From: Chrysomallon squamiferum
Taxonomy: Eukaryota > Animalia > Mollusca
DNA length: 64,000 nucleotides
Reading direction: 5' to 3'
NCBI GenBank assembly: GCA_012295275.1
Contig: CM022679.1
Location: forward strand, 8,432,001-8,496,000
Shown: positions 26,993 to 42,787 of the stretch, one piece after another
Layout of the letters: the number at the start of each line of letters is the position of its first letter
Numbering within the stretch: the stretch's first letter is position 1
Translations under genes and position numbers: made by a program
Notes under the pieces: generated by a model
Told to the model about the DNA's origin: nothing
Seen by the model: only the letters and a program-made list of their open reading frames with translations
Databases searched by the model: none

Positions 26993-28439
26993 ATTTTAAA
27001 ATGTTATAAATGTGGGGTTTTTTCAGGATATTTTAATATAATAGCTTAATGTAGGTGCAAACTTACAACATATAAAATTTATACATTTATTACGAACAGT
27101 GAAGACTTAAGCTGTATAAAACTAGGAGGTTCCTTGTTAAAAATATGTTTTTTTTTACTTTATTTGTTAAACTATTTTTGTTCAGTTTTATTTATTTGTT
27201 TATTTATTTTATTTCGTACGTAGGTAAACTGTAGATTGTTTTAGCTTATGCCAGAATTTGCTTCTGATTATGAAATCAATTTTGGTTTAAGATAAGAAAC
27301 ACGATGCACATAAAATCAGATAAAAAAAAAAAAAAAATGCCCATTAAAATTTTATATCATTTTATTTCAAGCAGAACATGTTCTGAAGTTTTGTAGTTTG
27401 CAATGAAATCTGCTCCGAATTGATTCTGGATCCCAATTTAACCCGGCAGTATATTGAATAATACGACAAAAACCGAAGAGATACCTCTAATGATGGCGAA
27501 TGTATTTCGTTGTGGTATTTGATATAGATTTTTTTTTATTTTTTTTTTTATTTTTTGACTTGCCAAATAAATAATTTATATTTTAACAGCGGAAAAGAAA
27601 TATCTTAAATGTGATGTGACGCAAACGAAATTGAACAAACTAACAAATACACACGAGTTTTCAAAAATCGTATCAATATTAATAAAAGTATCCTTTCTGG
27701 CATGTGAAAAATCTGAATGTTTAAGTTCGGTGAAAGTAGTTCATTTCTGACTTTTGAGGTTTAGAGATATTTTTCAAGATTTGATATTTCTCGACAATCT
27801 TCCGCTTCCTCGTGCTTGGCAATGTCAAAATTCCGAGCCGTTACTAGAAATAAGCCGCGACCGAAGAACAAAGTTGTTATTTGTCTGATTTAACAAAACA
27901 AAACGTAAATACTAAAGATTTACTCCTGTCATGATTAGTGATGCATGGTGGCAAACATGAACAAAATGTTTCACGTCCGTTTTTTTTTTTTCATTTTTTT
28001 ATGTTCTTTTTTTTTTTTTTTACAGAAAAATACGACTGACTTGTAATTTTCTAAGCTGTTTCCGTTTCTTTTTCTTTTGTTTTTCTTTCTTTCTTTTTTC
28101 TTCTTCCTTTTCCACAATTTAAAAAAAATTAAAAAAAAAAAAAAGAAATTCTGAACGTTCTTTTCTTTTTTTTTCTTTTTCTATTGGCCTTCCTTGATCT
28201 GATTCTTCTGTCTCAAAGTCTGTATACTCTGTATGGCTTATCTCATATTCAATCCAAAACAAAGAGAAGTTCCGTCACCGTTTTTTCAGTTCGACTCATG
28301 ATATTTCTTACGCTAGTCTCGGGTTATCAAGTGTCGATCCTGGTTTCTGCTTTATAACAGAACGTGAATAGGAAACGCAGTGCACAGACTCACAGCGCTA
28401 AGTAATCACACACACACACACAATCTTTTGAAATACGAG

Positions 28440-28745
28440 TCCGGTTGCACTTTGTATATAAATACTGCCAAAGATTCTGGTGCATAAACAGTTTTTGCAT
28501 GACCTAAGTGCGCTCTCTCTCTTGCTCTGCTTAAAGTGTGAGTCATTAAATACGTAATTTTATAGCGTTGCAGGGCGAGACATGGCCACGTATCACTGTT
28601 GTTTGCTGCAGTAATAAAACTGACGTCGCCTACTACTGCTGTTATACATTCGGCTGAAAGGTTTCAGATTGCCCGCAACGTCGACGTCATCGTTACCTCT
28701 GAGTCAGCGGTCAAGGTCATCCATCCGTCCATCGTTGGTTTTCGT
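28440..28745 (+). promoter_or_regulatory. Candidate intronic promoter or enhancer
   Basis: TATAAATA at 28457, AP-1 TGAGTCA at 28539 and 28700, CRE-like sites at 28621 and 28681, and TCAAGGTCA at 28711, within a CpG-rich island. Confidence 0.35.
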
Positions 28746-28902
28746 ATGCATGTTTATTTTTAATGTTTTTGTTATTCATAATTTTCGTTTATTTGTTTTA
28801 GTCGATGCTGGACGTACATCTTTACTGATGTAGTTTGTGAAATAATAATGTTTACTTTTAATGATATCTGCCCGTAAAGATTTGCTGGGTAGAAACATGA
28901 TG

Positions 28903-28976
<74 letters not shown>

Positions 28977-29260
28977 ATGTTCCAAAATTGATACGCACAC
29001 TCAGACATCTTTTTGCTTAATGTATCGAAACTATATTTTTCTTCTTTTTTCCTTTGCCCATTTACTGAGGTTAAAACAACATACTTTTTACAAAATAATC
29101 ATAATCAATTTATTGATTAACTTGGATACTTCAGTGAAGTAAATCAGTAAAATCCAAATATTCAGGACACTTTTAACACAAATAAATAAACAAACAAACA
29201 AATAAATAACTGCAGCAACAACCACAACAATACATAATAATAATAATAATGTAAATAATG

Positions 29261-29294
<34 letters not shown>

Positions 29295-29366
29295 TAATAA
29301 TAATAACAATAATAAGTAAAATCATATTAAATTAACACGATATAAAAAACAAATAAACAAAAAATA

Positions 29367-29397
<31 letters not shown>

Positions 29398-30893
29398 AAT
29401 AAATTAATTAATTTAATAAAAAAAAAAAACAAACAAACAAAAAAAAATAAATTAATAATAAATAAATAAAAAAACTAACAAACAAAAATAAATTAATTAA
29501 TTAATTAATAATAAATAAATTAAAAAAAACTAACAAACAAAAATAAATAAATTAAAAAAAACTAACAAACAAAAATAAATAAATAAATAAATTAATTAAT
29601 AATAAACAAACAAACAAAAATAAATAAACAAACAAATAAGTTCAAACAGAACAGTCTATTGTTCTGACTGCTAGATCGCTGTGTTACAACTCACGTTATG
29701 AAATGTGAAGAGTTGATCTGGTTACCAGTAATTTAGTAATTTAATTCATTTAAATGTTTCGTGCTTTCTTTTTTTTTTTTTTCTTTTAATGTAATATAAA
29801 CAAAAGGTCAAACAATTTTATTCTTGTTTGGTATTTCAATATTCCAATTAAAAAAATAAAAACTAAACAAGAAAATAAAAACTGAACGAACTGTCTGTAA
29901 CGTCATTCGGAACCTTTTTCTTCTTCCTACTTCAGAAAAAAAAAAAAAATAATAATAATAATAAAAATATATTAAAAAATAAAAAAAAGTAATTATTTAA
30001 AAGTAATAAAGGTTTCAACTGATTTTGTATTTCATTAAATAAAAAATAAAAAATGTAAGTAAATTAAGAAATATCTTCCTCATTGCTTTAAAAATGTCTT
30101 GTCAACAACATTTATACAACTGCGTGTGTTTAGAGTTCATTTCGAAAATGACGTCTATAATATTAATACTAAAACAATTACTACGTCTGTTGCTGCTGGT
30201 AATGATGCTACTGCTGATTCTGTTGCTGCTGCTGCTGCTGTTGCTGTAATTGTTGCTGCTACTACTACTACTACTTTATTATTGCTATTAATGCTAAATC
30301 AGTTACTATTGTTATTATTATTACTCCTTCGCCTACTACTGTTATCGTTACTACTAATATTAATTAGTACTAATATTAAAACTACTGTTATTACTATGGC
30401 GCATACTATTACTGCAACTACATCATTAGCTTTATTACTACTACTATTACTATAGCAACTATTACTATTACTACTGCCTGATCTATCATTTAACTATTAT
30501 GACTATTACTATTATACTACTGTTTACAACTAATACTACTAACTTTATTTTACTATTACTTTTCTATGATATAATCACAACAGTAACTATTACTGCTACT
30601 TCAGTTACTACTACTACTACTATTATTACTAGTGCCAGTACTATTTTACCTAAAGTGCTTTTCCTACTGTAGCGACACATATAACTAACACTAATACTAC
30701 TACAGCTAATATACTACTATTACTACAACTACTACAACTACTATTACTATTATTACTACCACTATTACTACATCTGTCATTCCTACCTTAATTACTACTA
30801 TTACCACTGTAGCTATTAATTACAAATATACTGCTACTGCTAATAATATACTACAGCTACCACTGTAATGCTACTTCTGCTATTACTACTACT

Positions 30894-30924
<31 letters not shown>

Positions 30925-31790
30925 GTATTAATATTATCACCACCAGTAAGATAAATAAATCTAAACAAAAAAATAATCTATATTTGCCTGTACCGACAAC
31001 TGTAACAAAGCGAAGCAATAACATCTCGTAAAAACTGTGGATGAGGAAACGAGATTTAGACATCAATTATCAGCGATTTTTCTTTTTTTTTTATTTTTAT
31101 TTCCCGACCTCTCGCTCGCGAACAACTCACGGAAGCTGGGGACGTCGGCGCCGATGTGTGTGTTGTCGTCGAGATCAATGGCTTGGCTGTGTCAAAAACA
31201 ACGTCTGACACCAGCGGCCTGCACGTCATCTAATGACACGTCATCACCAGCGCCATCTATCATCCGAGAAGAAACGGTGACAACAAGGTAGCAATTACAA
31301 GCGAAGTCTTTCCAGCCGGTTCGTTGGAGATGTGGTTTAATGAACAGGTAAAAACCAAGAAAGACAATCCATCATCACTACGACCATACAACTCCGGACA
31401 ATTTTTTTTTTTTCACACTTGAACTGATAAAACGCGCGCGGGGAACGACTTTTTCGATGCTTCTAGCGATTTTAACAAGCTGAAAAAACCAACAAAAAAC
31501 AACGGCAAAATCATCGTTTATCGAGACTTTTTTTTTTTTATTGAGCAGATTACAGCGTTGATTTTACAACTGTAAACTAGATGGGTGGTTTTTTTATTAC
31601 TTTTTTTTTTCTTTTTAATTGAGGTTTATTATTCTGTGAAAAAGGTAGCTGGAAGGCGGTGAGTTAGTGCAAACGAATAAAATATCAATCAATCTCTGAT
31701 TTCAAATCTGAACACTTGCTATACGTCCAGAATACGTCTTCTCCTCTAGCGTGGGTTATTTTATTGAATGTGATATCGAATAGTTATTAT

Positions 31791-31792
<2 letters not shown>

Positions 31793-31884
<92 letters not shown>
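31793..31884. repeat. (CT)n microsatellite
   Basis: Perfect dinucleotide run. Confidence 0.97.
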
Positions 31885-31888
<4 letters not shown>

Positions 31889-32816
31889 GCACACACACAC
31901 GCTCTCACACTCATAGTCATTGTCTACATGTGTTTTCGGCAAAGTATAAAAACAGAATACGTAGTTTTCGTATTTTACTGCTTAAACTATCGACATATTC
32001 AGTCTGATTCTACAAGCACAGCACGAGTGATCTGCTGCCAGAACTATTAACGACACACGGTATTCTGCCCATTTTCTAATTAACTGGTCGATTAATTGAT
32101 AATGTATTTTATAACAGCGTGTAATTACGTCTGTACGTACGTTTTAAACTTCACCAAGCAACAAAAAAAAAAAAAAAAAAAAAAAAAATAGAAAGAAAAA
32201 AAGGCGACAGAGAACGAAATTTAATTGTATAATCAAATTGTTGATTGCGTCATGACATACTTTTTAAAATGTTTTCTGAACAACAAGTTAAATATATGTG
32301 TATATGTGTGTCTGTGTGTGCAAGGGTATGTTCATGTATGTAATATCTGTTTATGTGCGTATATCTGTTTATGTACGTACGTACCTACTTTAGTAGCTAA
32401 GTATTATTGATGTATTGTAGACACTGTGCTCAAAAATACCAGATGTTTGTTTTACAATATTTTAATCGGATTTGCTTGCGTATTTATTCATTTACAATTG
32501 AACATGTGTTTATAATACGTGAATTTTCCAATATCTATGTGCAACATGTTATTTTCAAAAGAGAATAACCTTTAAAAAGTATTATTTGTCAATTTAGACA
32601 GAGGTCCATGTGTAATCTCCTTTCCTATTTATGGGGAACGTTTTATGAAAAATTTCAAGTAGGAGTGACCCGGGGTTATGGTTGTGTGTTTCTGAAATAT
32701 CCCATTCATTCCTTTAAAAAATAATTTTCATACTGTGAAACTGAAATAAACTGCCGTATTTGTTTAGTTATGTATAAATACATATTTATGTGTTAACAAT
32801 AGACATCAATGTTTTT

Positions 32817-32847
<31 letters not shown>

Positions 32848-34360
32848 TTATTATTTATTTATTTATTTTAATGAAGCAGCCATGGTTATCTCATTACATT
32901 CAGAATCGTTTTAGTTTACATCTGTCTCTCTGTCTCGGAAATTGTGTCTTTCAGTTTAGTTTATCAAATATCAAAGGATTCCTTTTTAACTTTTAAACAT
33001 TAAAAAAAAAAATCATCTTAAATAGGAACATTCAACACTTACTCCACCATCTTTTATTGCACCATCACGTCTGTTTATGTAGAGAAAATAAAAGTTTTAA
33101 AAATGTCGAGTGAAAGTTTGACTGTACAAATAAGGGGGAAATGGGAAGATTTGTGAGTGTACATATGTGGGCAGTGTTGGGACTGTGCGGAATATTTGTT
33201 CTCGTATTTCTCTCAGTATTTCATTCATGAACATTTCACCGAGTCGTAAGCCATAGAAACAATAAAATATTCTTTATACGCCTTCGCGCATGTTACTGTG
33301 CTACGTAAAGACCACAAAGAGAATGTTATCACCGCTGCACCACAACAAAAATCAATTTCGTAACCTCATAAAACAGCGGAAAGGGATCCGTTCAATAAAA
33401 TGATCATTTTGCATCCTTTTGAATTCAGTTCTTTTTTTTTTTTTTTCTTTCTGATGATTTTTTTTTCTTCACATTCGTACATGTATGTGAATGAATAAAG
33501 TGAGCAGTAATTCGACTGAACTGTTAGAAACAAAAGATTAAAAATAATGATAACAATAAAGCAAAACATTATTGAAAAAAAAAAAAAAAACGCTCGTTAA
33601 TGTCCGCCTCTTTCCGTGAACTATGAACGTAATAAAGACAACTGTTCGGAATTTTTTTTTTTTTTATCAATAATAACAAACCGCCAGCGTGATCCGTGAG
33701 TTTACATTTATCGAACCATTATTGGATATTTTATTTCAAGATGGTTAATTACAGTCGTTAAAATTAATTAAAAAATCAAAATCGTACAAATAAAAGAAAT
33801 AACAAATTGTTTAAGAAATCATTGTGATAGTCCCATTTACAGAAAACAAAATTTGATTTAAAAAAATAAAAAAAAAAAAAAAGAAACAAAAGGAAAATGG
33901 CTTATATAATTTGTTTGGTGTAATCAAGTGTAATTATTAAAATAAGTATTAAATGAGATGTCAGATATTTCTGCATCTAAACATTTATGATATAAAACGT
34001 ATGAATATCAAAAATAAATCTTTGCAAAAAAGACGAATGGTCAAACAACGTTTGATTTATTACATTTTGATTTTTATTATCTTTTTTTAGACGCTGTAAG
34101 CGGTTTAACAGAAAACTTCGTAACAATTTCTTCCAGAATATTTCAGCACTAGAAGAACTATGTATATTATTTTCAATGTCATAAGCGTCATCGAAACCAA
34201 TGTTTAATGACATAAGCGCCATTTGAGCCATTTTTCAATGACATAAGTGAAATCAAAACCCCTATTCAGTTTTATAAACTCCTTGACAACACTTTTTCAA
34301 CAATGTAAGCAACAGACCATGAACTTTAACTTACAAAAGCACTTCCCTTTCTTTTTTTCT

Positions 34361-34398
<38 letters not shown>

Positions 34399-37300
34399 GT
34401 CAAAAATGAAATAGCTATGTAACAGTGTGTGTAGGATTAATTGTTTGATGGAACCAGCAGCTGCTAATAATATTTAATAGTATTAAATGATATAATTAAT
34501 AAAAAGGTTAATAATATACGAAATTAATGTTTGCGGGAATCAATCATTTTGGCGTTATCTAAGCAGTTAATAAGGTAAAAAAACAAAACAACACAACACC
34601 AAATACTGTTAATATCAGATTCTATTTTTGTTTATAAAACACAGTAAGAATTACAACAAATCATACTCGACTGCAAAAACAGAACTGTATATTTTTGCAA
34701 ATAATTAACAACAAAAGAGGGCGAATTTAATATCTAATTAGTCAACCCCTCCCCGGTGGTTAATTTACTCTCTGTATTGTTTTAAGCGTATCACGTTACA
34801 CAGTCGTTCTACTAATTGAGTGCTCAGTCTCCTACGCTTCCTGTACTACGTCATAATATATCCCGTCTATGACGCGTGTGGTACTCAAATACGACTTGGT
34901 CTGATAATATAATCTTTGGATTGTGTTTTATTTACAAATAGGATGTGATATTAATTACATAATTATAACGGAGATCAACTAAAAGTAATGGGATTTTTTT
35001 TTTTTTTTTTTTTTTGAAACTACGTTTGGATATTGTTTAACACACATAAGACCCCCCCAAAAAAAAAGAAATGTTTAAATATCATTAAAGTTGGAGATTC
35101 ATTTTTAAATATAGTTAAATGATTCTATAAAAAAAAAAAACTGAGTAAAAACATTTTATAAAAAAACAACATTTAAAACACATTAATAAAAAATACGTAT
35201 TTAAATAATATTATAAATGGACACACAATTAAAACACATTAATAAAAAAATAAAGTATTTAAATAATATTATAAAAACACCACAATTAAAAATCACTAAT
35301 AAAAACACACATTTAAATCATACTATAAAAACGTACAGTAAAATCATACTATTAAAAAAAAAAAAAAAAAAAATGCCTTCACAGCTAAATCATGCACAGT
35401 ATTATAAAAAAGGACAGTTAAATCAGACTACGTTGAAAATTCGACTCTCGGAGAAAGATGATTAAGTCAAAAGGAGTGAACTGGTCATCAATCAAGTGTT
35501 ATTAAGAGAACGACTCCCGCGTTAAGTACATGTCAGAGTTATGACAGATCGCTTGTTTGTCTCTATACGTCACTGAGCGCTACACGGTCTTCATTACTCT
35601 CCTTGTGATTTTCTTTTGTTCTCGAGTATAATTCTTTGGTGCCGTTATTTTATTTGTTGTTCATTTGTTTATTTGTTTCATTTATTTATTTGTTGTTCAT
35701 TTGTTTGTTTGTTTTATTTATTTATTTGTTTATTTATTTGTTTGTTTGTTTGTTTCATTTATTTATTTATTTATTTTTGTTAGTTTCTTTCTTTCTTTAT
35801 TATTAATTAATTAATTAATTATTTTATTTTATTTTATTTTATTTTATTTTATTTTATTTTATTTTATTTATTCTTCTTTGCTCGTTTGTTTATTTTATTT
35901 TATCTATTTATTTATTTACTAACTTATTTATTCATTTACTTACTTATTTACTATTATTTATTTGTTTGTTATCTTAGTGTTAAATCATGAATCTTTTTTT
36001 CGTTGTGCCTTCTTCTTTTTATCATTGTTATCATTAATATCATCACCATCAGCATCGACATTATCATTATCCTCATCAACAGAAGAATCATCATCGTCAT
36101 CTTATACTGTCTTTATAACCATCATCATCATCATAATCGTCATCATCATTAATATTATTATTATATAAAATATCTTTATAAGGTATGACATATTGTTTAT
36201 GTCAAACATGTTACAAAATCTGATATTACTAGAAAACATATAGGTTTATAGTTGCAAAAATGTGACAGAACCATAGTTCATTTCGTCCTTAAACAAAATA
36301 AATCATGAAAAAATTAGAGTTCAGAGCAATTTATCATACGTACACAGTAGTTAATTTGGAATAACAAAAGACAACGAAAAAAAAAAAAAAAATAGCAGAA
36401 CAATCAAATTTCATATCGAAACTGCAAAGACTGAAGAATTATGATTTTTCGTTCATAATTTTTTCTATGATATTTTTTTGTCCTTGATAAATATATTTGT
36501 CGTAAACAACGACCCATGATAGCATTTTGCAATTTCGTTTCAATCTTTTATTGTTTTTTGTTGTTTTGTGATTTTTTTTGTTCTACCGTTCGTTATACAA
36601 ATGCTTATGTCTACGTCTGCAAGATAATATATAGGTAAACAGGTATCTTAGTAACAAATGGGTCATGCATTTCATTCTAACGTATTATTTCATCACAACA
36701 GGATCGGTGTGGATCAAGGAATGTTAATGCAGAATAAAGACAAATAATTGATTTTCCCAGACACTCTCATTTCTGTGCAATTACATACTAAAACAAAGAA
36801 CTTTATCATAGAAAATAGATTTATAAAACCAGTCGTGTCACGCTGTACCAGTCGATAAAAAAAAAAAAAAAAAACCACTTACCTGTCAGCCATTTTCTTT
36901 TTTTCTATGACGTATGCGACTGACTGAACTTCGATTTAATAAACGCGAAAAACTGCCAATTAAATCATGTGAAGGAATCCTCTATTTTGCCGTGTGTTTC
37001 CTAATGAAGCTAATTATAGCTATTTTTATTATTATGATTATTATTATTTTATTATTATTATTATTATTATTATTTTGTTTCAAATATATGTTTGCTTATG
37101 TCAGACTCTGAGCTGATGGCTAAATATTCTGGCTAATTAATACTTCTGTCTTGTACTGATGTTCAGATTCGTGACTTCAAGTCATGTCCTGGCTAATGAA
37201 GAAAATCGCTGTCATTATCATTGCCTCTTTTTTTTTAGTTTCCTTCTAAATTTTGTCGTCTCAGTTCGATATAAGAATATTCCAGCTAATTAAACGACTG

Positions 37301-40113
37301 AAGACGTTACGGTTTTGTATTTTGTGTATGTGTCTATGTTTGTATGTATGTATTCGTGTATATGTGTGTGTGTAGTGTGTGTGTATGTATGTATGTATGT
37401 ACGTACGGAAGGATGGATGTATATATAAAATTATGTATGTATGTTTGTATATATGTATTTTTGTATACATGTGTTTATGAATGCTAATCTGCAAATTTGT
37501 ATTATGTACATTTTTCACACACTTACACACACACAATACACAAGTACTCATTTTTCATTTAATTATTTTAAATTATAGTCTGTTATTAGACAATTTGTTT
37601 CTCTCACGCTCCTAGTAACTCAAAGTAGAACATAAATGTCCCCTTTAACCTTGAACTGCTTTCTCACTGAATGATTCAACTATCAGAGATGTAAAACGAA
37701 TGAATGTCAGAGCAAGCACAAGGCAATCGAGTAAACAGTTAACATTCACATTTTTTTCTCCCTACACTAGTTATTACCATCTTATACTGAATACTTTAAC
37801 AGATAGTCTGATTATTTTATGTGTTATTCTTAATATCGAATCCAGTAAGGATAATAATTTATTGTCTTTTATTATTATTTTTTTTCAAACCATCGTAACA
37901 AGGTGCATGGGAGTCTGAGAAATAAAGCAAAGATATAATATTATTTTGATGATAAAAAAAACAAAAAGAAAATGTAATCATCTGCCTGAAGAAATATTCC
38001 ATTTTTCTGATACCTTTTCTTCTTTTTATTCATGTTGTAACGCTTCAGATACATTTATTTGCCAATTCTGAGTTAAACATCTCCTGATCTTTTGTACATG
38101 CATGGTATTGTATTCTTTACACAGCGTACTGTACACTCTATATATAGTGTATCATTACACCACATATCGTATACTATATACATATACCGTATCCTTACAC
38201 CACCACATGCTGTAATAATATACACATACAGTGCATCCTTACGCCACATAGAGTATTCTATACTCCTCATACTTGTATAATATACATATACCATACATAT
38301 TGCAAACTGTAAACTAAACACAATATATTATATACCACACACTTCATACTCTCATAATTCTACATACACTTGTATTTATTGCAATTCCTAAAGCGGACTT
38401 TGAGCAAGAGACCAGATCGGCTACAAAAAAAAAAAAAAAAAAAAAAAATCGCTTAACGACTCCCAGATCAACGTAGATCATCACTAGAAAGGTTAAAATG
38501 TTTTCATATGAATTAATCCGCGGCTCAGACCGTAATGCGAAGGAACGCAGCGAGAATAGGTATAAAATAAGACCCGCTAATCCAATAGACTCCTCCTTAA
38601 TGGCGTTTCGGCGAGCTGCTAAGTAATTTCAAACAACTTTATTGCTCGGCTGATTTCTTATTAGATTGTATGAAAACTAATTCCCCCCGCGCGCCAAAAG
38701 AAGTTTTAAATAATCAAAGATCCCCGTGCGACATGCAATATTCGTGCCCGGACCGCCACGCCACGACCGCCCAGCCCAATCTTGTCTCGAGGACAATCGA
38801 ATGGAAAAAGTCCAATATCAGAGAGCGAGCGTCCTGAAATTACAACAAATGGGCTGACGACTCCCTGGACTCCTGTTAAATGACTTTAATGGACGTCGTT
38901 TTACATGGAGTGCATACATAGACACATTTCTGAAAGAGAGAGAGAGAGAGAGAGAGAGATATACTAACAGCCAGATAAACACAGAGAGAGAAAAAGAGAG
39001 AGATACTAACAGCCAGACAAAGGCATAAAGAAAGAAAGAAACAGACAGACAGACAGCCAGACACGACAGACAGACACAGAGAGTGAACTTATTAATACGA
39101 AACGACCGAAATGCTTCAAATCTCTTTGTTGATGGGAACTCGTGACTCGGACGTACAACCATTACAGATAACCTGAAGAGTTATGCACTAATTTTACAGA
39201 GCTAATTTAAATGCTGGTAGGACTTATGAGGGAACATATATTTGTTTTTGAATTAGGCTTTGTGCAATTTCTTCTCTTGATGGTCAAGGATTCACAGACA
39301 TATTGCCTTGCGAAATAATTAACAGTGCAATTCGCGTTCTTATTACTATCTGGTCTTCACAGAAAACGAATATTAACAGACAGTTTCACTTACACTCAAC
39401 AATTTGGCAGTTTTATTTCATCTGTTCTAAATAATCTCACTTCAATATAGCACTGATGATTTTCAGTGCTGACGTTCTTAATCTTTCATAAGAAGTAGAA
39501 TAATAATAAGCAGTATTAACAATAATAACAATAAAAACAACAGCAGCAATAATAACAATAACAACAATAATAATAATAATAACAACAAGAGTAACGACAA
39601 CGACATAATAACAATAAAAACAATAATGATAATAACAACAATGGTAATAATAACAATAGTAACAACATCCACAATAATAAAAATAATATTAACAACATCA
39701 ACAACAACAAAAACATCAATAACAATAACAACATTAATAATAGCAATAATAACAACAATAACAACAACAACAACAGCAACAGTAATAATTATAAGACATT
39801 GCTTAACCTTATCCCGATTTGTTTCAGTTTAACTGTTCAAGTTAAGCTGTATTTGGAACATTAATTTTAGACATTAATTGCAGAATTTATTCAGACTGAA
39901 GTGATTTTCTAGCACAATGTTAGGTATTTATGTGTCAAAATATTATTTAAAAAAATGGTGTATTGGTCGACATCTTCTTCAAAAGTTTAGATTATGTTCT
40001 GATTTGCGAGTGCGAGCATAGAACCTGGTCGATGAGCGAGACTAATGACCTTGTTAGAGGTCATTTCAAATCTTTTTTATTTTAAATAAAAACAGTTATT
40101 GATTATTCCTTCT

Positions 40114-40147
<34 letters not shown>

Positions 40148-42127
40148 GCTTTCCATTTTCACAGGCCGAATATCGAAATTAAAATCTGGATATGAAACAT
40201 ACTCTGATTTTATTAATTTCTTTTGGTTGAAAAGTTTGAAAATTAACGTCAAAGTCTTTGCTATCAAGCCTACGCAAAGACGCTTGTCAGGTTAAAAATT
40301 AAAATAACAAACATATGGTTATTTTCTTCTCTTACTTTCACTATGAGTTGTTTAAGTAAATTAAAGAATAAATAAACTGCCAAATAGTGAAATACAGAAA
40401 AAAAAAGCTAAAACACTTTTTTTTTGCCTCCATTTTTTATTTAACATTCTTTTTTTTCATTCTTTCTATTCTTTCTATATTTTTATTTAATGCTCTTTTT
40501 TTGTTGTTTTTTTTGGAACGAATATTTTTTCTTTTTTTTATGAAAGAAAAATGCATTTATTTCTATATGTGTCTTTGTATGCATATGTATATATATGTTT
40601 GTGTGTGTACATGTAAATGAAACCATTTCTTATTAATGAAGCTTTAACGGTGATTTTACGTTTGAAGATTCCTCAGCTTCCTATTTAATAAATTTAAAAC
40701 CTCGTACTCGAGCCAGTCATTATGTTCACACAACTTGATGCAACAGGCCATTCGAGCGACTTTCGCTAAGATCTACAACGGATTTCTCAAGTCGTAAATT
40801 GGCGGCAAAATGCGACAGTCCGCCTGCTTGCTTAATCACGTGTCCGCAACTTCCGCATATACTGATATCGTTAATTTACGGGCGCAATATAAAAAGACGA
40901 GTTGTCTAATTTATTTTTCACGCTAAGTTTACCCCGAGCCGAGTGTCGGTATTTGGAAACGGGTTTCAAACGGCGTGTGAAACGGGCTTACACGCCATCT
41001 AAAGCCACTTAACTGAAAACACGCGATTTTCGCGTGGTTTTCACTGCCCGTGCCATCTGATGATACACAGCAGCAAACTTATTAACTTCATACAGAAGAG
41101 AGTTTCCATCAGGACTTTTATTTTTTTTTGTAACTTGGAAAGTGAAAGATTTATTTGTGTATATGAGATGGTGGTGGTGGTGGGGGGGGTGTTTCGTTCT
41201 CGGTCTATCGTTGATAAACACCAAATCGATAGATTTTAATTTGCTCTTCGGCGCCCGAGTATGGATCTCTTGTCTCGACGGGGCGAGGTCGGGCCAGGGT
41301 TTTTCGAAGTAACGAGAGAACATTTCTGAAGAAAAAAAAAATCAGTTTTCGCCGAGATTATTTGTGTGAAGTTTTGGCGGCTTTTCAATAATGTCCAGTT
41401 TTTCCCCGCTGACAGATTTATTTTAGCTCTTCGCGTATTCATGCGCGGCCATTAAACAGCCTCGCTTTCGTTTCCAAGTTTGATGCCAAAATATTCCCAA
41501 AAATTTTGAAGAAAAAAAAAAAAAAAGTTCCGAGACGATGATATAGCTTTTTTTTTTTTTTTTTTTTCAATTATCGTGGGCGAAATATCAATAAGCACGT
41601 CAAACAGTGTAGTGTGTAGTGCAGAAATTAATAACGTTTGTCTAAAGAAAAAGAGAACACATTATGAATTAGATATCAAATAGATCAGTCTCATTTTTAC
41701 TTCTTTTTGTTTTTTATTTATTGATATTATAACGTCCTTCACTTCAGAGAAAAAGATGTAAGATAAATACATGCAAGAAAATGGCCGGGACAACCACACA
41801 ACAAAAACAACAACAACAACAATAACAACACCAACAACAACAATAATAATAATAGAAATGGATGATGATGATGATGTTAATAACAATAACAGTTAAAAAT
41901 AATATTTAAAACCACAAAAATAATTTTAAAAATATTCGTGGAGGAAAAATATCTTTAGCATTGTTCGTAGATGTTTGCTCATTGAAGTGTTACAGACAGT
42001 ATGAAGAGAGGGGAGGGAGACTGAATGTTGGAAGCGGACAGTTAAATACTACGTCCAAAATATCGTGAGATAAATGAACAATATATAATTATATATGTAC
42101 ATTTCCATCAAGTTTTTCTTTCTTATC

Positions 42128-42175
42128 TTTATCTCAAAACCGTGGTCCTTTAAACGTACATCTTCTTCCGGATTT
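42128..42175 (-). repeat. Solitary inverted copy of the 58-bp minisatellite unit
   Basis: 48 nt that are the exact reverse complement of 43563-43610. Confidence 0.9.
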
Positions 42176-42320
42176 TTACAACCTGTTTGTTTTTACTCTG
42201 TGTTTGTTTCAAAGCACTGCATTTAATCATTGAAAGAATCATTACTTACAATAAAAGAAAGATTTTTGTATTATTATTTATTTATTTTTTTTTTTTATTT
42301 ATTTATTATTATTTTTATTT

Positions 42321-42354
<34 letters not shown>

Positions 42355-42431
42355 CAAAATTTTTATTTTATTTATTTTATTTGTTTGTTTGTTTGTTTAT
42401 TTATTTATTCATTTGTTTATTTATTTTATTT

Positions 42432-42472
<41 letters not shown>

Positions 42473-42507
42473 CTTTTGAACAGATTTGATTACTTTAACC
42501 CTCCCTA

Positions 42508-42787
42508 CAGGCTAAGGATTCCTTATTCGTAAAGCTCGGTAATTCAAAACTGTTTCAGATCAGCAGGAATATTGGTGTCTTGCAGTTTATTTTAAGCACA
42601 AAATTATTTAAAATATTATACAGAAAATCCAGCAGACCATCTGCTTAAACCGCATATGAAATATAAATGGAATTCGTATTTAGAAGTAGATCCTATTCTG
42701 AGGCTATGTCCTTATATTCCAAAATACCAAAACTTCAGAAAGCCGAAACCTTCCGGCAAGAATTTCGGATAAAAGATTATCGACCTG
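42508..42787 (+). mobile_element. pogo/Tigger-type MITE remnant (Tigger4/Zombi-like)
   Basis: TA flanks on both sides. Imperfect TIRs CAGGCTAAGGATTCCTTATTCG ... CGGATAAAAGATTATCGACCTG. The interior resembles the Tigger4b 3' end as I recall it. Confidence 0.7.

Noticed and set aside
40115-40300. Strong-looking acceptor at 40164 (and a similar one at 28025)
   Set aside because: Poly-T runs create many pseudo-acceptors and no convincing donor follows.
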